Shown here: positions 48,751-57,847 of the stretch, piece by piece
Layout of the letters: each line of letters starts with the position of its first letter
Numbering within the stretch: position 1 is the first letter of the stretch
DNA from: Polyangiaceae bacterium
GTDB taxonomy: Bacteria > Myxococcota_A > Polyangia > Polyangiales > Polyangiaceae
Direction of reading: 5' to 3'
DNA length: 64,000 nt
Assembly: GCA_013214025.1 (NCBI GenBank)
Contig: JABSRN010000006.1
Coordinates: 96,715 to 160,714, forward strand
Notes under the pieces: generated by a model
What the model saw: only the letters and a program-made list of their open reading frames with translations
Told to the model about the DNA's origin: nothing
Database searches by the model: none
Program-made: the position numbers and the translations under genes

Positions 48751-48991
48751 CTGATCCGACGCCCCTCAGCCATTGGCCCACTTAGCAGTTGGTTGTACAA
48801 TGCCTGCGAGGCCGTGGTGCGCAAACAAAGTCCTCCTCACCTCGCTCGGGGACCGGTGCCTGAACCCACCGAGCCCGACGTCACGGGCGCCGCCTAGAAA
48901 ACCTCAGCTCGCGTTGGGGCAACACACGAGGCGCCGGGCTTCCCCGCGCCCACACGTTGACGACGGCATGCTGCTGCCCAATAACATCAGC

Positions 48992-49909
48992 ATGCGATTC
49001 TCTGTGCCTCTATTTCCCTACGATCGCTGGGGCGGAATCGACAATATCCGGAGCGCGGTCTGCCTCGCTGACCGTCTCGGCTTTTACGGCGTGACGATTC
49101 CCGACCACATCGTGATGCCAGTCAAGGAGGGCAAAGATCCGATCGCCACCGTCTGGTACGACAACTTCGTGCTCGCCTCCCATCTAGCGAGCGTAACGGA
49201 ACAAATCCGAATGGTCTTCCACGTGCTCGTCCTGCCTTACCGCTCGGCGCTGCACACCGCAAAGATGGCCTCCACGCTGGATCAAATCTCCAACGGCCGC
49301 GTAGTACTCGGGGTCGGAACGGGGTGGATGAAGGCAGAATTTCGAGCGCTTGAAGTACCCTTCGAAAATCGCGGCATACGAAGCGACGAGACCCTCGAGG
49401 CGATGGTCCGCTGTTGGACAGACGAGCGGCCTCGGATAGAAGGCGACTACGTCAATTTCGACAAGCTCGCCTTCGAACCAAAATGCGTCCAAAGTCCCCA
49501 CATCCCGCTTTGGGTGGGAGGCTCGGGAACCCGCGCCTTGGCTCGCGCCGCGCGATTTGGCGCGGGCTGGTGCCCTATGGACGGCAATCTCGAACAGCTG
49601 CGCCAAGGAGCCCAAGAGCTATTGGAGATGCTGGAAACTAACGGGCGCGCCCAGGAAGACTTCGCCTTCTCTCACAGCATTTCGGTAGGCGCGCCAGACG
49701 AGACCGTTTCTAAAGCCCGCGGCCATGCCACCGGCGACGGCGCGCAGTTGGAACTCGCTCAGGATCCGGAGGCCATCGCGAACTTGGTCGCCAGCTACAA
49801 GGAAGTCGAATTCAACCACCTTGGATTGAGCTTCGACTGGAAAAGCCCCGCGGAATATCACGACAAACTGGAGTGGTTTGCGTCGGCGGTCATGCCGCTG
49901 TGCAGCTGA
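48992..49909 (+). CDS. LLM-class (luciferase-like) flavin/F420-dependent oxidoreductase
   Basis: It has MRFSVPLFPYDRWGG.., ..GFYGVTIPDHIVMP.., ..LDQISNGRVVLGVGTGW.. The start is 48968 or 48992. Confidence 0.7.
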   Translation: MRFSVPLFPYDRWGGIDNIRSAVCLADRLGFYGVTIPDHIVMPVKEGKDPIATVWYDNFVLASHLASVTEQIRMVFHVLVLPYRSALHTAKMASTLDQISNGRVVLGVGTGWMKAEFRALEVPFENRGIRSDETLEAMVRCWTDERPRIEGDYVNFDKLAFEPKCVQSPHIPLWVGGSGTRALARAARFGAGWCPMDGNLEQLRQGAQELLEMLETNGRAQEDFAFSHSISVGAPDETVSKARGHATGDGAQLELAQDPEAIANLVASYKEVEFNHLGLSFDWKSPAEYHDKLEWFASAVMPLCS

Positions 49910-49978
49910 GCCCCACGGCGCCCAGCAATTGTCCAAACGTATGTTTGTCACGTCTTCGGAATCAGGGATACTCCGCTA

Positions 49979-51943
49979 ATGGCTGTCACCCAACGACGAG
50001 CGCGCGCCCTATCCATCCTCCCCGTTGCAGCGGCCGTCCTCACGGCCGGGCTCGGTTGCAGTGACGGGACCAGCGCGACCCCGCCCTCAGACGCAAGCCC
50101 CGCGCCCACCACAGCCCCGGCAGAGGCCATCATCGTGGAGAACGGCCCGACGGGCATTGTTACAGCCAACCTAGCGCACGCGGGACTGAACGCTGGAGAC
50201 GTGGTAGGTGGCGCGATGGTGACCTTCGTGCTCGACGACCCGAGCCCCGGCATCGAAGGCGATCCACGAGCGCCCCGCATCACCGTATTCACCAACGCCG
50301 CGGGTCGCTACCGGATGCCCACACTCGCCGCCGGAACCTACGTCATACGCAGCCACCTGTTGGGATTTGAGGACCAACTAAGAGAGGCCGTGGAGGTCGC
50401 GCTCGACTCGGCCGGTACGGCGCTACCGGGCAATTTCGACTTGGTGCTATCTCCGACCAGCGATCTCACGGCTCAGCTGCCAGCGAACTACTTCTACGGC
50501 CGCGTCGACTTCGCTCTGGGCGCCTTCGCCCCCACAGAACTTCGAGCTCTCACCGAAGCGGAAAAAGCCGAAATGAGCCCAGCGGGCATCGCTGCCTACG
50601 AAGAAGAACAAACACTTCTCCAAGCAATGACGCCCGCCGAGTTGGAAGCGGAAGACTCCCGCCGAGCCGCGACCGTGGTCAAAATGCTCGGCGACTTCAC
50701 CCGCTCGTGCGGGGGGTGCCATCAAATCGGGGACGAAAAGTTCCGTAGAACCCGCAGTGTTGAAGAATGGCAAGAAGTTCTCGCGCTGATGAAGTCTCGG
50801 GTCCCTCCGTTCTTCAGTGACACCGCCCGGTACATGGAAACTGCTATTCTCAATGCCTTCGGACCGGACGCCGCGCCCTACGAATTCGATATCCCCACCG
50901 CCCCCAGCGGGCGCGACACCCGAGTGGTGATCACCGAATGGGATATCGATCCCGACTTCAATCCGTCCTGCCACGATCTTGAGATCGGGCTCGACGGCCA
51001 GGTTTACACGGTGGGCGGCATGTACGCCGTCAACACCGTCACCGGCGAGCGAAGCCGGTACCCCCTAGAGGGCGGCGGGCACTCCATCGAAATGGACTCT
51101 GCCGGCGACATGTGGATCACAGCCCCCGGCCCCGATCAGTTGATCAGGCTCGACGTCGGAACCTCCACCACTGGCTCACCCAGCTTCACGCGTTACGACC
51201 ACCCGACCATCGGAATCGACGAGCCAGATTACCCCCATACCCTCCGCTTCGATCAACAGGGTCGTATTTGGGAAACGCTGACGGAATCGAACCACGTCGC
51301 CATGTTCGACCCCGCTCAGACCGACGATGCTAACGGCGGTTTCAAGTACTACCGCCTACCACCAGCAGACCCGGCAATCAGCGGCATCCCGATCGCGGTC
51401 GCCTACGGTCTAGATATCGCGCCGGATCAGTCGGTCTGGTGGTCCCAGCTCATGGGCAATCACATCGGGCGCATCGACCCCGAAAGCGGCGCAATCACGT
51501 CCTGGCAAACTCCTTTCATCGCGCCTCGTCGGCTCCACGTAGGTCCTAACAACCGAGTCTGGGTCCCGTTTTATGGCGCGTCTCGGATTGGACGACTGGA
51601 TCCCACCACCGAGAGCTGGGACATCTACGAGCTACCCGTGGATCCGGTGGGAAGCGATTTCGTGTACGCGTTAAACGTGCACCCGATCACCGGAGAGGTG
51701 TGGTCCAACGGCACGAACTCCGACTCCCTGTACCGACTGAATCCAGAGACTGAGGAGTGGACTCGCTACCGATATCCATCGATGCAGAGCTACACCCGAG
51801 AGGTCGAGTTCCACCCGGATGGAAGCGTATGGACATGCACCAGCGACACCGAACGACGGCCGGGCATGACGCCGACAGGTCGAATCGTCCGCTTTCAGCC
51901 ACTGATGGATGAACCCGTGCTGACGCCCCCCCCAACCAACTGA
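49979..51943 (+). CDS. Lipoprotein with a carboxypeptidase-regulatory-like domain, a CxxCH motif and a Vgb-like beta-propeller
   Basis: It has the lipobox LTAGLGC, ..GAMVTFVLDD..TNAAGRYRM.., SCGGCHQIGDEKF (CxxCH), and repeated ..G.VW../..D..G.iW.. propeller-like units. Confidence 0.6.
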   Translation: MAVTQRRARALSILPVAAAVLTAGLGCSDGTSATPPSDASPAPTTAPAEAIIVENGPTGIVTANLAHAGLNAGDVVGGAMVTFVLDDPSPGIEGDPRAPRITVFTNAAGRYRMPTLAAGTYVIRSHLLGFEDQLREAVEVALDSAGTALPGNFDLVLSPTSDLTAQLPANYFYGRVDFALGAFAPTELRALTEAEKAEMSPAGIAAYEEEQTLLQAMTPAELEAEDSRRAATVVKMLGDFTRSCGGCHQIGDEKFRRTRSVEEWQEVLALMKSRVPPFFSDTARYMETAILNAFGPDAAPYEFDIPTAPSGRDTRVVITEWDIDPDFNPSCHDLEIGLDGQVYTVGGMYAVNTVTGERSRYPLEGGGHSIEMDSAGDMWITAPGPDQLIRLDVGTSTTGSPSFTRYDHPTIGIDEPDYPHTLRFDQQGRIWETLTESNHVAMFDPAQTDDANGGFKYYRLPPADPAISGIPIAVAYGLDIAPDQSVWWSQLMGNHIGRIDPESGAITSWQTPFIAPRRLHVGPNNRVWVPFYGASRIGRLDPTTESWDIYELPVDPVGSDFVYALNVHPITGEVWSNGTNSDSLYRLNPETEEWTRYRYPSMQSYTREVEFHPDGSVWTCTSDTERRPGMTPTGRIVRFQPLMDEPVLTPPPTN

Positions 51944-52070
51944 TCCGCCTTGAGACTCTGCTGACCAGCCCGCCCGCCGGGGAAACTCGAACAACGAACA
52001 ACGAACCCACAGAGCGTGGTAAGCCGGAACTCCCTCTCGGCCGCTGGTCGATTGCAATGGATCCGGAGCT

Positions 52071-52754
52071 ATGACTGAAAACGCAGACCTGTTTCTGAAA
52101 CAAATCGCTGTTGGACCGATGGCGAACTTCGTCTACCTGATCGGCAGCAAACGCACTCGAGAGTGCCTCATCGTTGACCCAGCGTGGGACACAGACGCCA
52201 TTGTCGCCGTCGCAGAAGAGGACGACATGAACGTGGTGGGTGCCCTAGTCACGCACTACCACCCGGACCATGTCGGTGGAGGCATGGGGGGCTTCGACGT
52301 ACCCAGTGGTGTCTCAGACCTGTTGGCACGCGGCAACGCTAAAATTCATGTCAACAAACATGAAGCAGAGGGGCTCAAACTGGTCACCAAGATCAGTGAC
52401 GGCGACATGGTGCAGCACGATGCGGGCGACGTGGTCGAAATTGGAGACGTCAAGATCACGCTTTTGCACACACCCGGACACACACCCGGAAGCCAATGTT
52501 TCCTAGTGCACGACCATCTGGTAGCCGGCGATACCTTGTTCGTTAACGGCTGCGGGCGCGTCGACTTACCCGGCAGCGAGCCGGATCAAATGTACGACAG
52601 CCTCCAGACTCTGGGTAAGCTGGAAGACCATGTCCGCCTCTACCCTGGGCACCATTACGGCGGTGCTCCTTCGAGCACCATGGGCGAACAAAAACGCACG
52701 AATAGTCACCTGAAGGCGTCGAGCCTTGAGCAGTGGCGCGCCATGATGGGCTAA
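52071..52754 (+). CDS. MBL-fold metallo-hydrolase (glyoxalase II-like)
   Basis: It has the THYHPDHVGG (HxHxDH) motif, plus ..TPGHTPGS.., ..GDTLF.. Confidence 0.8.
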   Translation: MTENADLFLKQIAVGPMANFVYLIGSKRTRECLIVDPAWDTDAIVAVAEEDDMNVVGALVTHYHPDHVGGGMGGFDVPSGVSDLLARGNAKIHVNKHEAEGLKLVTKISDGDMVQHDAGDVVEIGDVKITLLHTPGHTPGSQCFLVHDHLVAGDTLFVNGCGRVDLPGSEPDQMYDSLQTLGKLEDHVRLYPGHHYGGAPSSTMGEQKRTNSHLKASSLEQWRAMMG

Positions 52755-52808
52755 CTGGACACTTGCCCCACTAAGAACCACTCAGAGAACTCCGAGCTCC
52801 AGAGCCAG

Positions 52809-52849
52809 CACTGTCTGCAGACACACCGCTGCAGACAGTGCTGCAGACA
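52809..52849. repeat. Three direct CTGCAGACA repeats containing a perfect 12-bp inverted repeat
   Basis: CTGCAGACA occurs at 52815, 52829 and 52841. CACTGTCTGCAG (52809..52820) is the reverse complement of CTGCAGACAGTG (52829..52840). Confidence 0.9.
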
Positions 52850-52924
52850 ACAGTCAGGAACCCATTTTCAGTTCTGCGCTAAGGGGCTGAAATCACGGGC
52901 GCCGTCTGCTACGGTGCAGGCTCC

Positions 52925-54667
52925 ATGAGCGACCAACGCGCCACATCAACTGGAAAGTTGGCGGATCGTTCCTTGCCGGAGCTCATCTACGCCCTGGCCG
53001 CTCGTAAGTCCACGGGGTCCATGATCTTGGAGGCCCCCGGCGGAAAGCGCAGCGCCGTCGGCATTGTGAACGGCTCCGTCACGAAGGTTCAGAGTGCCGA
53101 AGCCGTTCACCGCTTGGGCGCCGTGCTTCACGAGATGGACGCGGTCAGTCCGATGGCTCTCAGTAAAGCGCTGAAGGCGGCCCAAAAGGCCGAGCGGCTA
53201 CTCGGGGAAGAGCTCGTCTCCCGCGAACTGATAGACGATTTGGCGCTCCAAGAAGCTCTGCAAACCCAGCTCCAACAAAAATTCTGCTGGGCGGCGGCTC
53301 TGCCCCCTGAAACGGTCTATGGCTACTACGATAATGTGGACTACTTGCAGAGCGCACACGGTCCGGATGCCCCGCCCCTCTGCCTCCCGCTGCTCTGGCA
53401 GAGCGTTCGGGACGCTGAAGTTTCCGCCCGCGCATCCGGCATGCTCGACAAGGCGGGTAGCCATCTACTCAAGTTAGGCGACAGCCGAGTACTCGCCCCT
53501 TTCAACTTCGCTAAAGAAGAGCTCGACCTGCTATCCAAAATGGACGGAGAGCCCAAGACGCTGCCGGTCCTCTTGACTCTAGGCGATCCTGAACTACTCG
53601 CGAAAATGGCGTACTGGCTGCTGGTGACCCGACAACTCACTGTGCACCGGGCCGCGGCGCCGCCAGAGCCCGACTCCACATCCGACGGCGCCGACCCGGA
53701 CGCCACCCCCCAATCGCAACCGCCTGTGAATCGCCAAGCTGCAGTCAAAGCTACCCAGCCCGCGGCTGTGCCCAACGACAAACCTCCGGTACAGAAGTCG
53801 AAGGCAGCGCCTGCGTTGCCAAAGAAAAAGCCCCGCCCACCGGTGCCCAGTAAAGCCCCCACCCAGGACGCGGCCACACCATCCGCGGGATCCGTCGCCA
53901 CGATGGCCGCCATGAAAGCGGAAGCAGAAAAACTATTGTCTAGTTACGACGATCTCAACCACTACGAGATTCTCGGGGTCGGGCAAAAGGTGTCCAAGGA
54001 GGTCATCGGAAAGGCTTTTATCGCCCTGGCGCGCAACTGGCACCCCGACAAGCTGCCAGCCGACTTCGGCTCCATCAAGGGCCTGGCTACCCAAGTCTTC
54101 GGGCGAATGAGCGAAGCCGCCAAAGCTCTGCAAAACGAACACTCCCGTAAAGACCACGACATACTCGTTGAACAAGGCGGGGCGACGGTCGCCGAGCAAA
54201 AACTCGTCCAGAAGGCCTTCGACGCCGCGATGGCCTTCGACGCCGCAGAAGAGGCTCTAAAGAAGGGCTATCTGGACGTAGCCTTCAAAGAAATCGACAA
54301 GGCGACATCGCTCGACGACACTCGCGCCGAATACGCGGCTCTGAAAGTATGGCTGCACTCCCACGATCGGAAACGCCGCGAGTCCGCCGACTATGATGAT
54401 CTCATCCCTCTGATGAACAGTGCATGTGACCTCCATCCGGAGAACATCACGGCCCGAATGTATCGCGCACAACTGCTCAAACTGTCCGGCCGCGCAGACC
54501 AGGCGTTGAGCGACTACATGTTCGTCTACAGGGCCAACCCGCATAATCTCGACGCCAAGCGGGAAATTCGCCTGCACAAGATGCGCAGAGAAGAGAACGC
54601 GGGAACCAAGTCCGACCCCAAAGGCAAAAGCAAAGGCAAAGGCATCCTGGGTTTCTTCAAACGGTGA
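52925..54667 (+). CDS. DnaJ (J-domain) protein with a PatA/DUF4388-like N-terminus, a Pro-rich linker and a TPR-like C-terminus
   Basis: The J domain is NHYEILGVGQKVSKEVIGKAFIALARNWHPDK (HPD). The N-terminus has ..LADRSLPELIYALAARKSTGSMILE.. Confidence 0.75.
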   Translation: MSDQRATSTGKLADRSLPELIYALAARKSTGSMILEAPGGKRSAVGIVNGSVTKVQSAEAVHRLGAVLHEMDAVSPMALSKALKAAQKAERLLGEELVSRELIDDLALQEALQTQLQQKFCWAAALPPETVYGYYDNVDYLQSAHGPDAPPLCLPLLWQSVRDAEVSARASGMLDKAGSHLLKLGDSRVLAPFNFAKEELDLLSKMDGEPKTLPVLLTLGDPELLAKMAYWLLVTRQLTVHRAAAPPEPDSTSDGADPDATPQSQPPVNRQAAVKATQPAAVPNDKPPVQKSKAAPALPKKKPRPPVPSKAPTQDAATPSAGSVATMAAMKAEAEKLLSSYDDLNHYEILGVGQKVSKEVIGKAFIALARNWHPDKLPADFGSIKGLATQVFGRMSEAAKALQNEHSRKDHDILVEQGGATVAEQKLVQKAFDAAMAFDAAEEALKKGYLDVAFKEIDKATSLDDTRAEYAALKVWLHSHDRKRRESADYDDLIPLMNSACDLHPENITARMYRAQLLKLSGRADQALSDYMFVYRANPHNLDAKREIRLHKMRREENAGTKSDPKGKSKGKGILGFFKR

Positions 54668-54959
54668 CCACCGCTTGCGTGAAGCTCCGACAACCGAGGC
54701 CTGCTGTCGTACGTTGGCTTTCGCAGTCAGGGGGCGGTGCAAGAGATTCTCATGAACCTCAGGAAGCCAGCATCTCGGGCCGGTTCGTTGCCGGACATCA
54801 CTGCGTACTCGTTGGGTGAGGACTCCGCCAAGGAAATATCGCCGATATCAACCCGCGTCGACTGGAGGCTTCGCACTAGATTGAAGTGGACCCCAGTGTT
54901 TAGACCATTATCGGCTGTCGCTAAGGTGGACCCTGCTCACTGTTGTTGAATCCAATACC

Positions 54960-55574
54960 ATCACGCTGCGACCGACGCGAGTCCACATGATTCACGCAGG
55001 GCACGGGTATCAGTGGGGTCATTGCAGAGCCGGCATCGACGAATATCGACGCGACCAACTCTGGCCAGGGCAGCATCTAGTGCAGATTGGCAGCTCTGTA
55101 GAGTAGGGCCGCGCCTTTGGAGCCCTGGAAGAATCTACAGTTCCGAAACCAACCACCATCTATGGGCAGAGCAAGCTGGCCGGCACTAGAGCTCTCAGTC
55201 AAATCGTGGAGCGGCGCGGCCTACGCGCCATCTGCGTGCGCCCGTTTTCGCTGTTCGGGCCGGGTGAGGGCAAAGCCGGGGTCATTGAGGACCTCGTTCG
55301 GGCCGCAGAAGGCGTAGAATCCGTTCCTCTCAGTCGCGGTTTCGAGCGCCGAGACTTTTGCCATCTGGAAGAGGCGGCACGCTATGTACTGGCGTTGGGA
55401 CTCGTCACCTCCCCCGTCCACGCTACCGGATCGCGGCGTCGGCGCGGGAGGCGAAGGCAGGGACATGCGATGGCTGGCTCCAATGGACAGCCCATAGTAC
55501 TCGTCAAGGCTTCTCACTTCTACGCTGAGGACCACATTGCCCTCGGGAATGGACATTCGTCACCAGAGGGGTAA
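54960..55574 (+). pseudogene. NAD-dependent epimerase/dehydratase relic (N-terminal Rossmann part missing, in-frame TAG)
   Basis: One frame reads ..VHMIHAGH..LVQIGSSVE*GRAFGALEESTVPKPTTIYGQSKLAGTRAL..LRAICVRPFSLFGPGE..ERRDFCHLEEAARYVL. TAG 55104..55106 sits where the Tyr of SSxxvYG is expected. No GxxGxxG region lies upstream. Confidence 0.6.
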
Positions 55575-56021
55575 CTCGACTTCACGAAATCGGAGGCGGG
55601 TACCTTCGACAACTGTAGGCAACGTCAGGCCCACTGCGTAACCCGAAGCTGCGAGCTCGTTGGTGGAATGGCCCATGGCCTCGTTACAAATCTCCGCCCA
55701 ATATTCGTAGCCACAATTGGCGATGCCCTTGACAGCTTCCGGACACAACGCTTCGACCACAGTCTGTACGGCACAAAGCGCCAACGCTCCTCAAGCATTG
55801 GGCGCGACCATTCCGATGAATCCGCAACAGCTAGTTTCCCGCAGTTCCGACAGCTGCTTCAGAGTTCCAAGGGCTGCGTCCGGATAACCCACGGCGACAG
55901 CGACTGCCTTGGCAACGACGTCCACTGCCCGTGATTCGAACTCGGACGCTTCGCCGGAACGCGATGGCATCCCCTGGAGCAACACGTTGCGCTGCGCAAA
56001 GCCCTCAGTTCTGTTCGGCAT
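55560..56021 (-). CDS. Small ORF split by an in-frame TGA (55791..55793); either a Sec candidate or a nonsense mutation
   Basis: ORFs 55791..56237 and 55560..55784 share a frame and are separated only by TGA-GGA-GCG. A plausible start is ATG 56021, preceded by GGGGA. The product reads ..CCGFIGMVAPNA-*-GALALCAVQTVVEALCPEAV.. I recognised no family. Confidence 0.3.
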
Positions 56022-56119
56022 CAAATCCCCAACTATCTCTAGCGGACAGGGACCCGAATCACTTGAGGCGGAGCCCACAGGGCTGAACCCCCGCAGCGCA
56101 GCCCACCGGCCGAAACCTA

Positions 56120-57793
56120 TCAATGGCGATAGACTGCCCGTACCAGGGCCGGACAATCGGAAGCGCCATCGACGGCAGTCAGCCATTCCGGCGATGGCAG
56201 ATAGGCCGTGGAACTGTGGGCGAGCTTCAGCAACCACGCCTTCAGAACCTTCGTGTTTTGGCTACTCGCCGCACCAATCGTATCCAACTCAACTGAACCC
56301 GCCATCGACGCCCCCGAAAGGTCGAGAATCCAGCGCCGCCCGCCGGCATCCTTTCCGAGCCTCCACGGCTCCAAGCCAGGCAGGGAAATCGCGACTCTGC
56401 CCAAGCGGTCCATCGCGGTCGCAATGTCCCGGCAAGCGTTCCGAAAACCGTCTTCGGTGAATTTTCGGCCCTCCTGATCGCCCCGGGTGCCGACACCAGC
56501 CTCGCGCCTCAAGACCAAGTGAGGGCGCTTGCCGGTCTCGCTTCGGATGACAGTTGGCACCCCAGTACCTGCCGACCTCTCGTAGATGGCGGCCAACGAC
56601 TCGATAATGCCCGAATGCTCTTCGCTTCCCGATGCGACAAACACGGGAGCCCCGCAGATCGGATCGAACGCTTCGACAAACCGCATTGGAGGAAGTTTGG
56701 ACGGACTTCGTCCGAGAAAAAACAGGCGACCCAACCGCTCCTTGTCCAGCGCGCTAAGCCACCGCGCGGCATCGGATGCCTTAGGGTGCGCCTTCGACAA
56801 GGCGCTGAGCAGCCGTTTGGCATCCTTCTCTCGACTTGCGGCGAGCAGCCAAACGACCATCTTCATACCGGCCGCCGAATGTTCGCGCGGATCTCGGCTG
56901 AACGACTCCAAGAGCGCGGTCAGTCCTTGACCCGATGAGGCTGCCCCGCCGCGTGTTGCTTCCACCGCCAAAGAGAACAATCGCGCACGCACCGATGCCG
57001 GGTAAGCGCAGAGAGTCGCCCTCGGTGCCTGGATCATGTGTTGAATCCCGACTCTCAAATCCTGCACAGAACAGGGGTTGGGACGGTCATGCAAGACGAC
57101 AGCCTCAGCGGCCCGGAGGGGTAGCAGTACGCCCGCCAGTTCGTCCGGAAGCCCCTCGCTGCTGGAATCAAATATTTTCCGAAAGCTCGCGCTCCGCAGC
57201 AGCCCGAATAAAATTTGAGGACGTTGCTCATCGGTGAACAGCTCAACAATCAGGTCCAGCACTTTGCACATTTGCGCCGGCGAGATGGCATCAAAATCCA
57301 ACTGGGCCAGAGCCGTGTTGAGGGCCCCTGTCGCCTCCTGCTGAGCTGCCGACTCCTTGACCGACTCCAGGTAGAGCAGCAGATAGGTCACATCGGCCGA
57401 AAAACGAACGATGCCCTCCAGCATGCGGGTGCGCTCCACGGGACCGAGACGTTCGGCCGCTGACAAGACGCGCCCCTTGTCCAGCTTGCCGAGCAAGTGG
57501 CGGCAGATGCCCCGATGAGAAGGCTCCTTGACGCCATTCAACAACAGATCTTCCTGAGCGTTGAGGCTGAGTCGGAGCACCTTTCGGTGCCGTTTCAAAA
57601 ATTCAAAATGTTGCTTCATCGCCGACACCTCTGAGGGCGACAGCGGCGCATCGACCGGTTTCTCCTGAAGTGCCGTCTTGGGCTGCTTAAGTACCGCCGA
57701 AGCGGTCTTCGTCTCTGCGGGGTTTTTCTTGCCTCCGCGACGGCGCCGACGCTTGGGCTGCGATCCTTTCGGCAGGGATTTTCCGGGCTCCAT
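56120..57793 (-). CDS. Hypothetical 557-aa protein with a basic N-terminus, co-oriented downstream of the Ser/Thr kinase
   Basis: It has an N-terminal KRRRRRGGKK tract and a helical middle. The C-terminal ..ISLPGLEPWRLGKDAGGRRWILDLSGA.. faintly resembles a kinase-like catalytic/DFG region but lacks the catalytic residues. Confidence 0.5.
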   Translation of the reverse strand: MEPGKSLPKGSQPKRRRRRGGKKNPAETKTASAVLKQPKTALQEKPVDAPLSPSEVSAMKQHFEFLKRHRKVLRLSLNAQEDLLLNGVKEPSHRGICRHLLGKLDKGRVLSAAERLGPVERTRMLEGIVRFSADVTYLLLYLESVKESAAQQEATGALNTALAQLDFDAISPAQMCKVLDLIVELFTDEQRPQILFGLLRSASFRKIFDSSSEGLPDELAGVLLPLRAAEAVVLHDRPNPCSVQDLRVGIQHMIQAPRATLCAYPASVRARLFSLAVEATRGGAASSGQGLTALLESFSRDPREHSAAGMKMVVWLLAASREKDAKRLLSALSKAHPKASDAARWLSALDKERLGRLFFLGRSPSKLPPMRFVEAFDPICGAPVFVASGSEEHSGIIESLAAIYERSAGTGVPTVIRSETGKRPHLVLRREAGVGTRGDQEGRKFTEDGFRNACRDIATAMDRLGRVAISLPGLEPWRLGKDAGGRRWILDLSGASMAGSVELDTIGAASSQNTKVLKAWLLKLAHSSTAYLPSPEWLTAVDGASDCPALVRAVYRH

Positions 57794-57847
57794 CAGCGAT
57801 GAGTCACCCTGAGCCGGCTCTGGGTCAAGAAGCGAATCCAGCGCTCG

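Noticed and set aside
2883-55106. Recurrent in-frame TAG codons (2883, 17995, 48748, 55104), two at conserved Tyr positions. I considered amber recoding or suppression.
   Set aside because: TAG also terminates many well-formed genes at natural-looking C-termini, e.g. at 9116, 10214, 18545, 26734, 28280, 37606, 38656 and 45667. The TAG-containing genes additionally carry frameshifts and deletions. Ordinary nonsense mutations in a GC-rich genome (TAC/CAG/GAG to TAG) explain them.
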